33,842 nt of DNA from Dermatophilaceae bacterium (GTDB lineage Bacteria > Actinomycetota > Actinomycetes > Actinomycetales > Dermatophilaceae), in the NCBI GenBank assembly GCA_039933475.1, contig JBDTOA010000001.1, positions 1 through 33,842 on the forward strand, written 5' to 3'. Made by a program: the position numbers and the translations under genes. The notes under the pieces were generated by a model. It saw nothing but the letters and a program-made list of their open reading frames with translations. It was not told the origin of the DNA and ran no database searches. Positions 1-7,145 of the stretch are shown here, in pieces. Numbering within the stretch: the first letter of the stretch is position 1; each line of letters opens with the position of its first letter.

Positions 1-1
1 G

Positions 2-412
2 CGGGTCGAAGGAGAGTGGTCCTTCATCGAGACGCTGCGTCATCTCGTCTTCGCTTCGGACGCCTGGGTCAAGCGAGCAATATTGGGTGAACCGTCGCCC
101 TGGGACCCGCTGGACCTGCCTCACGACGAGATGGCTGACGAACCCAGCGTCCCACGCGATCGCGGAGCGCTCCCGTCGCTGGACAAGGTGCTCAGACTTC
201 GGGCGGACCGCATGACCACGGTGCAACAGGTGATTGCCGATCTCACCGACGAGAAGCTGGCTGGCATGACCGAAGCAGTCATGGAGCCGGGTTACCCGGA
301 GCCGGAGAGCTTCGCGGTACGCCGCTGCCTTCAGGCCATCCTCAGCGAGGAGTGGGAGCACCGGCTGTACGCCGAACGGGATCTTGACGTGCTCGAGTCC
401 CGCCGGTCCTGA
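2..412 (+). CDS. DinB-fold family protein, 5' end cut by the window edge
   Basis: Frame 2 is open from the window edge. The translation ...EWSFIETLRHLVFASDAWVKRAILGEPSPWDPLDLPHDE... resembles DinB/mycothiol-dependent-enzyme helix-bundle proteins. Stop TGA at 410-412. The ORF-track start at 83 is an internal TTG codon. Confidence 0.55.
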   Translation, partial: RVEGEWSFIETLRHLVFASDAWVKRAILGEPSPWDPLDLPHDEMADEPSVPRDRGALPSLDKVLRLRADRMTTVQQVIADLTDEKLAGMTEAVMEPGYPEPESFAVRRCLQAILSEEWEHRLYAERDLDVLESRRS

Positions 413-1343
413 GCCGGCTTTGGTCGCCACGATCACTGGTGGCTGTGGCGCGAGCGTTGGTCACCGTGATGACAAGGCTGACGAAGAGCAACCCCAGGCC
501 GAGCCATCCGATGGGGGGCAGGTGTTCGCCCAACACGATGGCGGCGGCGAGCGCGGCCACGGCGGGCTCGAGAAGAGACACCGTTGTTGCTGTGCTCGCT
601 GCGACGGTGGCCAGTCCACGCCCGAAGAGCAGGTAGCCGAGGAACATGGGCACGAAGGCCAGGTATGCCGCAGTGGCCAGGTTGCCACCCGAGGCGATGA
701 TCGGTGCGCCCGTTATCCCTAGGACGGGCAGGAGCAGGATGCCTCCGAGCCCGAAGACGGCGCCCATGACGGCCCCGCTGGGAAGTCCGAAACGCATCAC
801 TCGGGCGGCTCCCCATGAGTAGAGGGCGTAGGTGAAGCCGGCAAACAGGCCCAGGGCAATGCCCAGCACAGGTTGGGCTGTTGCCGAGGTGGCTATGTGG
901 CCGGACACGCCGGCGTGGGGTAGGGCGAGCGCGAGGAGGCCGGACACGCCGACTGTGGTCCCTAGCGCCCAGCCCCGTGAAAGGGGCTGATGGTCCACGA
1001 TTCGCTCAATGACCGCGGCCGCTGGTGGCGCCGAGCCGATCGAGACCACGGTGCCTACCGCGACGCCGGCGAGCCGCATCGAGGAGTAGAAGGCCAACGG
1101 GTACACGGCCACCGCCCCTGCCGACACCATTACCGTTCGCCAGTGCGCTGAGATTCCGCCCCGGTGGGTGAACATGACGCGGCTGGCCGCGGCCGATTGA
1201 AGGAGGCCACCGATGCCCATGGCTGCGGCACCGATGGCCAGCGGTCCAACGCCAGGGGCCATCGCCGCTGCCGTCCCGGTGGTTCCCCACAACAGGGCCG
1301 CCAGGAGCACGAACACGATGCCTGAGGGCATCGGGCTCCTCAT
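342..1343 (-). CDS. EamA/DMT-superfamily transporter
   Basis: 333 aa, Gly/Ala-rich, with about 10 hydrophobic segments. The N-terminus FVLLAALLWGTTG is typical of EamA repeats. Its ATG overlaps the TetR stop (ATGA at 1340-1343), implying co-translation. The 3' end overlaps the convergent DinB gene by 71 nt. Confidence 0.75.
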   Translation of the reverse strand: MRSPMPSGIVFVLLAALLWGTTGTAAAMAPGVGPLAIGAAAMGIGGLLQSAAASRVMFTHRGGISAHWRTVMVSAGAVAVYPLAFYSSMRLAGVAVGTVVSIGSAPPAAAVIERIVDHQPLSRGWALGTTVGVSGLLALALPHAGVSGHIATSATAQPVLGIALGLFAGFTYALYSWGAARVMRFGLPSGAVMGAVFGLGGILLLPVLGITGAPIIASGGNLATAAYLAFVPMFLGYLLFGRGLATVAASTATTVSLLEPAVAALAAAIVLGEHLPPIGWLGLGLLFVSLVITVTNARATATSDRGDQSRLRTGGTRARQDPVRRTAGAPTPR

Positions 1344-1999
1344 CGGACAGCGGTGTCGGTGGATGAATCCACGATCTGCAGAGCCAGGTCACGGGCGTGG
1401 TGCAACAGCTCGGCGCTGCCTTCCAGCCCTGCCCGTGCCACCGCTCCCTCCAGGATGAACGAGAGCTGCTCGGCCAGCGTCGCAACCCGCTGCGGCGCAA
1501 CGGTGTCGAGATCAGCGAGGTGGGCCGCCAGGAGGGCTTCGACATCTTCTTTGTGACGGCGTACGACGGCCCGGCCCGGCGCGCCTGCGGGCAGCTCGGC
1601 TGCCGCATTGAGGAGTCCGCAGCCTCGGAAACCATGCTGGTAGGCCATCTCGGCGTGGTCGATGTACGCGTCGAACACCGCAACGATCCCCGCGCGGGCG
1701 TCATCCGCGGTGGCCAGCCTGCGGTGGTAGAGGTCAAGCCACTCCTCGTGACGAGCCTGAAGGTAGGCCAGGACAAGGTCGTCCTTGGAGTCGAAGTTGT
1801 TGTACAGACTCATCTTCGCCACTCCCGCCGCAGCGGTGATGGCGTCAATCCCGGTTCCGTTCACGCCATGGTTGTAGAAGCAGTCTGCCGCTGCCGCGAG
1901 GAGGCGTTCCCTTGCCGATCCGCGAGTCGTTCTACCGGCCGCGCCCACCTGCGCGCGAGGTTTCAGCTGTGGCTGCGCCATGCCAGCACTTCCCTTCAT
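1340..1999 (-). CDS. TetR/AcrR-family transcriptional regulator
   Basis: The N-terminal HTH signature RERLLAAAADCFYNHGVNGTGIDAITAAAGVAKMSLYNNFDSKDDL is followed by a helical ligand domain. The gene sits directly upstream of the transporter and overlaps it. An alternative start (Met7) lies at 1981. Confidence 0.9.
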   Translation of the reverse strand: MKGSAGMAQPQLKPRAQVGAAGRTTRGSARERLLAAAADCFYNHGVNGTGIDAITAAAGVAKMSLYNNFDSKDDLVLAYLQARHEEWLDLYHRRLATADDARAGIVAVFDAYIDHAEMAYQHGFRGCGLLNAAAELPAGAPGRAVVRRHKEDVEALLAAHLADLDTVAPQRVATLAEQLSFILEGAVARAGLEGSAELLHHARDLALQIVDSSTDTAVR

Positions 2000-2029
2000 G
2001 CTAATAAGTAGACCAGTCTACCTATTAGC
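2000..2029. promoter_or_regulatory. Putative TetR operator (13-bp inverted repeat, 4-bp spacer)
   Basis: GCTAATAAGTAGA-ccag-TCTACCTATTAGC, with 12 of 13 positions complementary. It is an AT-rich island in GC-rich DNA and directly abuts the tetR ATG (1997-1999). Confidence 0.7.
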
Positions 2030-2367
2030 ATGTTCGTGCTCAGCCGGAGGAATCGAGATCACTGTGGTCACATCAGCTGATCCTCGTTGAGTTGAGCTGG
2101 TCGTTTTGGTGGCCTGCAGGCCACACCCCGGACAGCGACGATCTCTTCGGGAGACGGCTCCGAGCTGCCGACTGGTACGAGATGGTCGTTGCGTCCGAGA
2201 CCGGGTCGCTGGGATCTGCGCGGCACGAGGACGGCGAGAGTAGTCCTTCGGGATGAGGACACGGCTCGGGCCCTGGAGCAGAGTGGACCTGGATGCCTCG
2301 GCGATTTGACAAGAGCACCCACCGCGACCGCGACCGCGCCCGCGAACTCCTCGCCAAGGAGCACCAC

Positions 2368-3324
2368 ATGCACCGGAAGTCCCTGCTGCGTCGGCTGGCA
2401 CTGGCCGTCGTCACCGTCACTGCCCTGGCCGTTCCTGTCGCCCTGGGCTCGAACGCTTCTGCAGTGACCGGAGGCCCCCGCACCTGGCAAGTCCGCGTCG
2501 GCACCGAGTCACCTGACATGGCCGTCAGTGCGATGGCGTTCTTGCCGAAGGAGGTCTGGGTCGACGTCGGCGACACCGTCCACTGGACTGCGGGCAGCGC
2601 CGAGCCGCACACCGTCACGTTCCTCGCGCCGGGAGACTCACTCCCCGAGTTCAACCTCTTCGACCCGTCGCAGACGGGTCCTGTTGGCTCCTCGAGCTAC
2701 GACGGCACCGGGTACACGAACTCCGGGATCATCGCCACCCAGCCGATCTTCGTCTTCACCGACCCGGCGTCCAGCTACGACCTGACCTTCACAGCGACCG
2801 GCGACTTCACGTACTACTGCCTGTTGCACGGCGTAATGATGACCGGCGTCGTGCACGTCAGCGCGGCCGGCACTGCCTACCCGTACACCCAGCAGGACTA
2901 CAACCGGGCCGGCAACCACCAGGCCGCGGCAGCGCTCTTTGCCGGACGCACCGCCTATCGCCAGGCCAGGCAGGCGCACGCCACCACCGGCTCACAGGTA
3001 CAGGTCGGGATTGACGGAGAAGGCTTCTCGGTCATGCGGTTCGTGCGAGACAACGTCGTCGTGCACGTGGGAGAGACCGTGTCGTTCTCCACCGCCGGGC
3101 CCGGCGCGCCGCACACAGTCACCTTCGGCCAGGAGCCGCCCGGACTCGGAGTCCTCGGTCCGTCCGGCGACCCGACCCACTACGGCGGCGGCGACCTCAA
3201 CAGCGGGGTGCTTGCGCCCGGGGTCCCGTTCACCGTGACCTTCACCGCCGCTGGCAAGTACCACTACATCTGCGCCATCCACGACGACATGGGGATGGTA
3301 GGCGACGTCGTGGTCGTCCCCTGA
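2368..3324 (+). CDS. Secreted tandem-cupredoxin (plastocyanin/azurin-like) copper protein
   Basis: AAGGAG lies 6 nt upstream of the ATG at 2368. The signal peptide is MHRKSLLRRLALAVVTVTALAVPVALGSNASA. There are two repeats, each with a type-1 copper ligand set: EPHTVTF...YYCLLHGVMM and APHTVTF...YICAIHDDMGM. The ORF-track start at 2293 is probably too far upstream. Confidence 0.85.
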   Translation: MHRKSLLRRLALAVVTVTALAVPVALGSNASAVTGGPRTWQVRVGTESPDMAVSAMAFLPKEVWVDVGDTVHWTAGSAEPHTVTFLAPGDSLPEFNLFDPSQTGPVGSSSYDGTGYTNSGIIATQPIFVFTDPASSYDLTFTATGDFTYYCLLHGVMMTGVVHVSAAGTAYPYTQQDYNRAGNHQAAAALFAGRTAYRQARQAHATTGSQVQVGIDGEGFSVMRFVRDNVVVHVGETVSFSTAGPGAPHTVTFGQEPPGLGVLGPSGDPTHYGGGDLNSGVLAPGVPFTVTFTAAGKYHYICAIHDDMGMVGDVVVVP

Positions 3325-3336
3325 CCCCTGCACCCA

Positions 3337-3375
3337 GGTTCAGCCCACCCTGCTCACGCCAGGGTGGGCTGAACC
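3337..3375 (+). terminator. Stem-loop terminator after the cupredoxin gene
   Basis: A perfect 16-bp stem, GGTTCAGCCCACCCTG / CAGGGTGGGCTGAACC, with a 7-nt loop, 13 nt after the stop codon. There is no U-tract, which is common in actinobacteria. Confidence 0.7.
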
Positions 3376-3610
3376 TCGGCGAGCCGGCCCAAGAGTCCCG
3401 GTTGCAAGGGTCCGGCACTGACCCGAGGGTGGCTCCTGGTCGCCGTAGGCGATGCTGGCAGCGAACGCCAACGTCGCCTCGAGTTGTTCCTTGGACGGGC
3501 CGAGCCCGTTGCGGCGGACGATGTCGGCGCACGAACTGCGCCCGAGAGAGGCCACCTGCGGGCAACCAGCCCACCACCACCACTCCGCAGGTCACGAGGA
3601 GAGGATCTTG

Positions 3611-3693
3611 TGCCGGGAGCGGGACTTGAACCCGCACGCCCTTGCGAGCAAAGCATTTTGAGTGCTCCGTGTCTGCCATTCCACCACCCCGGC
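3611..3693 (-). tRNA. tRNA-Leu (anticodon CAA), type II with long variable arm
   Basis: The minus strand reads GCCGGGGTGGTGGAATGGCAGACACGGAGCACTCAAAATGCTTTGCTCGCAAGGGCGTGCGGGTTCAAGTCCCGCTCCCGGCA. It has a 7-bp acceptor stem, anticodon loop CUCAAAA, a GGTTCAAGTCC T-arm and discriminator A. CCA is not encoded. Confidence 0.95.
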
Positions 3694-3794
3694 AGGGTTG
3701 CGGCGATCAGCATACCGGCCACAGGACCCGCCCCCGATCCATCCTCAGGGGATGTCGCGGCGATTATCCGCTCAGCTCAGGACCCCAACGGTGT

Positions 3795-4352
3795 TCAGCC
3801 CTGACTCTCGACCCTGAACACGGGAGTGCCGCCCACGCATACCGCGGTCACTTTGGTCCCCCCATGACGCTCTTCATCGCCAGGGCCAAAGGCGACCTCG
3901 ATCTGGTCCGGACCGGCATTTTCAACCTGCACACGCCACCCGTTATCGGGTTGGGCGATTCGCAGCTGGATCACGTTTCCCGTGCAGCGCACCGAGACCT
4001 GACCCCCGGTGGCACTGAAGGTACGGTCTTGCGAGGTCGGGACAACCGGCGCACGCAATGTCGGCGAAGAGGGTTTCTGCGGAGCAGGACTCTTACCCAC
4101 GGGCGCGGGTACAGGCGCCTTGGTGGTCGGCTTGGCCGAGGGTGTGGGGGTTTGGGTAACCGTCTTCGGCGCTCCCGGCTCAGTCGTGGCCGTTGGCGTG
4201 CCTACGTTCAGGGGGGACATCGAGTTGACAAGACCAGTAGTCATATCACGGCCGGCTCGGTCGATGGCCACCCATGCGGCCACTGATACGCCAGCTACAG
4301 CGGTGACCCAGATCAGGCCGATACCGACCGCCGAGCGCAGCTTCACCACCAT
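3795..4352 (-). CDS. Single-pass membrane protein with Pro/Thr-rich linker and C-terminal globular domain (unknown function)
   Basis: MVVKLRSAVGIGLIWVTAVAGVSVAAWVAI is an N-terminal anchor. It is followed by a TPTATTEPGAPKTVTQTPTPSAKPTTKAPVPAP linker and then about 80 aa with good GC3. The gene is divergent from the response regulator. The start is uncertain; alternatives are 4382 and 4418. Confidence 0.6.
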   Translation of the reverse strand: MVVKLRSAVGIGLIWVTAVAGVSVAAWVAIDRAGRDMTTGLVNSMSPLNVGTPTATTEPGAPKTVTQTPTPSAKPTTKAPVPAPVGKSPAPQKPSSPTLRAPVVPTSQDRTFSATGGQVSVRCTGNVIQLRIAQPDNGWRVQVENAGPDQIEVAFGPGDEERHGGTKVTAVCVGGTPVFRVESQG

Positions 4353-4396
4353 GACGTCACTGTGCCACTTTCGCAGCAACATCCGCTCGCACGGCG

Positions 4397-4402
4397 TAGC
4401 GT
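4397..4402 (+). promoter_or_regulatory. Candidate -10 hexamer (TAGCGT) for a leaderless response-regulator mRNA
   Basis: A TANNNT hexamer sits exactly 6 nt upstream of the GTG start at 4409, and there is no Shine-Dalgarno sequence. T and A are rare in this sequence, so a match at this fixed offset is unlikely by chance. Confidence 0.35.
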
Positions 4403-4408
4403 GCGGTC

Positions 4409-5107
4409 GTGGCCACAATCTTGCTCATCGAGGACGACGTAGGGATCCGGTCGGCGATGACCCGGACCCTGACCGACCTGGGCCATGCCGTTGCAACAAG
4501 CGACCGGGGCATGCCCGGGCTGGAGCTGGCCGTCGACAACCCACCTGACGTCGTGCTGCTCGATCTCGGCCTGCCGGACCTCGATGGGTTGCAGGTGCTG
4601 GCGATGCTGCGCGCGGTCAGTGCGGTGCCGGTGATCATCATCACGGCCCGCGATGACGATGCTGACATCGTGGCGGCCCTCGACGGTGGCGCCGACGACT
4701 ACGTGGTCAAGCCGTTCGGGATCGAGCAGGTCGACGCCCGACTCCGCGCTGTTCTTCGTCGAAGCAGCTCTGCGGCCGCGGACGGCCCTCTGGTCGTAGG
4801 GGGGCTCAGCATCGACTCGCGGACGCGGCAGGTCACTCTTGACGGGCTCCCGATTGACCTGTCGCGTAAGGAGTTCGACCTGCTCTTTGCCCTGGCGCAG
4901 CGACCCGGGGAAGTGGTCACGAAGCGCGAGCTGCTTGCCGACGTCTGGCGCCAGAGCTATGGAGGGGGCGACCGGACGGTCGACGTCCACCTGTCGTGGT
5001 TGCGGCGCAAGCTCGGCGAGACCGCAGCGGATCCACGCTACCTGCACAGTGTCCGTGGCGTGGGTGTGCGGCTTGCAGCTCCCCCAGACGCGTCCAGCGG
5101 GCATTGA
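4409..5107 (+). CDS. OmpR/PhoB-family response regulator
   Basis: The receiver domain is ILLIEDD...VVLLDLGLPDLDG...DDYVVKPF. The C-terminal winged-helix region is LSRKEFDLLFALAQRPGEVVTKRELLADVW...RTVDVHLSWLRRKL. GTG start. Confidence 0.93.
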   Translation: MATILLIEDDVGIRSAMTRTLTDLGHAVATSDRGMPGLELAVDNPPDVVLLDLGLPDLDGLQVLAMLRAVSAVPVIIITARDDDADIVAALDGGADDYVVKPFGIEQVDARLRAVLRRSSSAAADGPLVVGGLSIDSRTRQVTLDGLPIDLSRKEFDLLFALAQRPGEVVTKRELLADVWRQSYGGGDRTVDVHLSWLRRKLGETAADPRYLHSVRGVGVRLAAPPDASSGH

Positions 5108-6402
5108 TGCGTCGTCGGATCTCATTGCTTGTGGCGGCCACGACATCAGCGGTCATCCTCGCATTCTTGATCCCGTTGGGGATGCTGGTACGCACTCTCG
5201 CTGAAGACCGGGCCATCGCCGGCGCCAGCCAGGAAGCGCAGGCGGTTGCCACTCTGGTCGCCGGGGTGAATGACGAGACCCAGCTCACAGACCTGGTCGG
5301 TCTGGTCGACCAGCGGTCGCAGCGGGCCACGTCGGTTCTGTTGCCTGACGGCACTCTCATCGGCACGGCCCCGCAAGGCTCGGCGAAGTCGAATGCTTCG
5401 GCAGTGGCGCGAGCAAGAACCGGTGAGGCGTTCACCCTCATACAGGACGAGAACGCAGAAGTTGTCGTGCCCGTTGTCACCGAGCGCGGCACTGTGGTCG
5501 TGCGGACCTCGATCAGCGGTGGCGACCTGCACCGGGGGGTGGCCACGGCGTGGCTTACCTTCGCGGGTCTGGGGGTGGTGCTCATGATCATCGCAGTGGT
5601 CGGCGCAAATCTGCTGGGGCGTCGAGTCAGTGCCCCGGTGACCGAGCTGGCCGCCGTGGCGCACCGCCTTCGGGCGGGAGAGCTGGAGGCCAGAGCGGTG
5701 CCACGCGGACCCGTCGAGACCGTCGAGCTGGGCGAAGCACTCAATCGCCTGGCCGACCGCATCGGTGAGCTGCTCACAGCAGAACGGGAGGCGGTTGCCG
5801 ATCTCTCGCACCGGCTGCGAACTCCGGTCACCGCGTTGCGCCTGGATGCCGAAGCCGTCGCCGAGCCCGAGCTCGCAGACCGACTCCGTGATCACATCGG
5901 CCACCTTGAGCGCACGGTGGACGCCGTTGTCAAAGATGCTCGGCGCCCCGTCCGAGGGACCATCGGACGGTCGTGCGACGCCTCAGCTGTGGTGCGAGAC
6001 CGGGTCGCCTTCTGGTCGGCGCTGGCCGTTGACCAGGACCGGAACCTCAACGTCTCCATCCCTTCGACTCCCTGCCTGGCGGCCATCGATGCATCCGATC
6101 TCGTGGATGTTGTAGACGCGTTGTTGGACAACGTCTTTGCGCACACTCCTGACGGGACTGACTTCTCCGTGTCCCTGACAAGAAGCGATCAGAAGATGCT
6201 GCGTCTGGAGGTCGCAGACGACGGCCCAGGAGCCGGGGACACTGACGTTGCCAGACGCGGTCACAGCACCGGCGACTCCAGCGGTCTTGGTCTGGATATC
6301 GTGCGAAGGGCCGCGGTCGCCGCCGGCGGAGGGCTGGTGGTTGCCAGCTCCCCAACCGGCGGCATGCTGGCTCTGGTCACACTGGGAGTCAGCACAGGCT
6401 GA
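5107..6402 (+). CDS. Sensor histidine kinase (2 TM, HAMP, HisKA, HATPase)
   Basis: The ATG at 5107 overlaps the regulator stop (TGATG). TM1 is ISLLVAATTSAVILAFLIPLGML, followed by an extracytoplasmic loop of about 140 aa, and TM2 is WLTFAGLGVVLMIIAVVGANLL. The H-box is SHRLRTPVTAL. N, G1 and G2 boxes are DNVFAHTP, DDGPGAG and GLGLDIV. Confidence 0.92.
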   Translation: MRRRISLLVAATTSAVILAFLIPLGMLVRTLAEDRAIAGASQEAQAVATLVAGVNDETQLTDLVGLVDQRSQRATSVLLPDGTLIGTAPQGSAKSNASAVARARTGEAFTLIQDENAEVVVPVVTERGTVVVRTSISGGDLHRGVATAWLTFAGLGVVLMIIAVVGANLLGRRVSAPVTELAAVAHRLRAGELEARAVPRGPVETVELGEALNRLADRIGELLTAEREAVADLSHRLRTPVTALRLDAEAVAEPELADRLRDHIGHLERTVDAVVKDARRPVRGTIGRSCDASAVVRDRVAFWSALAVDQDRNLNVSIPSTPCLAAIDASDLVDVVDALLDNVFAHTPDGTDFSVSLTRSDQKMLRLEVADDGPGAGDTDVARRGHSTGDSSGLGLDIVRRAAVAAGGGLVVASSPTGGMLALVTLGVSTG

Positions 6403-6425
6403 TCACGCGGAGACAGAGCGAAAGG

Positions 6426-6908
6426 TCAGTGCGAGGCCTCCATGCTGTCATCGTGAACGGCTTCTGTGGCGCCGTCGTCAGCTGAGCTGTCGTCGGTCGT
6501 GCCCTCGGCGTCGTCCTTCTCCTCCATAGCATCATCGCCGACCTTCGTCGTGTCTTCGGGGGCTTTGATCGCACTCCCCGGAGCCTCTGACGCGTCGTCG
6601 CCCGAAGCGGACGGCCCGGTGCTCTCTTGGGCACCAGTACTGTCGTCCGACACCTGTGAGCCGGTCGGAACCTGAGCGGCAGCTGGAGCCGGAACCACGA
6701 GGGTGCGCACGACATGTATGACGCATACGCCGTCCTCCAGCTTCTGGCCTTTGGCACAGTGGGCAACCGCAGCCGGTACTGACACCGCAGCCTTTGTCGT
6801 CTTCATGCTCGGCGTGGCGGCGGAGGACACGGCACCGTAGACCGCGGCCCCGGCAACGAGGCCTAAGGCAGCGCCGCTGATGACGGTAAAGCTCGGGCGG
6901 ATAATCAT
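6426..6908 (-). CDS. Membrane-anchored acidic low-complexity protein (unknown function)
   Basis: GGAGA lies 4 nt upstream of the ATG at 6908. The N-terminal anchor is FTVISGAALGLVAGAAVYGAV. It has a short HC-x10-C-x2-H motif (AHCAKGQKLEDGVCVIH) and then a D/E/S/T-rich tail. Its GC3 is lower than that of its neighbours. Confidence 0.6.
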   Translation of the reverse strand: MIIRPSFTVISGAALGLVAGAAVYGAVSSAATPSMKTTKAAVSVPAAVAHCAKGQKLEDGVCVIHVVRTLVVPAPAAAQVPTGSQVSDDSTGAQESTGPSASGDDASEAPGSAIKAPEDTTKVGDDAMEEKDDAEGTTDDSSADDGATEAVHDDSMEASH

Positions 6909-6962
6909 GTGTTCTCCAGACTTAAACAGGGAGGGTTCCCGACGACATCGTCACCCTCCAAG

Positions 6963-7006
6963 CCTCATGCGCACCTCGCGAGAACCTCAAGTCAACGTCA
7001 AGAACT
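6963..7006 (-). promoter_or_regulatory. Array A: four 11-bp-phased repeats (minus-strand consensus TCTTGAGG)
   Basis: The plus-strand 11-mers start at 6963, 6974, 6985 and 6996: CCTCATGCGCA / CCTCGCGAGAA / CCTCAAGTCAA / CGTCAAGAACT. Reverse complements of the 8-mers are GCATGAGG, TCGCGAGG, ACTTGAGG and TCTTGACG. The array lies 55-98 bp upstream of the 6908 start and is oriented with that gene. Confidence 0.55.
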
Positions 7007-7033
7007 TCGCCGCCCACGTCGGTCCCTCGCGCC

Positions 7034-7074
7034 GCTTGACGTCTCCTTAACACCAATCTGAGGCCGCCTTGTAC
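7034..7074 (+). promoter_or_regulatory. Array B: four 11-bp-phased repeats (weaker matches to TCTTGAGG)
   Basis: The 8-mers at 7034, 7045, 7056 and 7067 are GCTTGACG, CCTTAACA, ATCTGAGG and CCTTGTAC. The array mirrors array A (ACGTCAAG vs CTTGACGT) and lies 72-112 bp upstream of the 7146 start. Confidence 0.4.
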
Positions 7075-7145
7075 CTCCGGCCCGCACCCTTGCCTCTGCT
7101 GTGCTTCTGCACCTCTGGGGTGCCCGCAGAGATGAAAGGAATCCA

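Noticed and set aside
3571-3582. Four consecutive TGG codons on the minus strand, which could suggest a tryptophan attenuator leader peptide.
   Set aside because: No start codon lies between the upstream in-frame stop (3592-3594) and the Trp run. The site is about 20 kb from the trp genes, which are themselves overlap-coupled to hisI. It is more simply a (CCA)4 microsatellite inside a decayed ORF.
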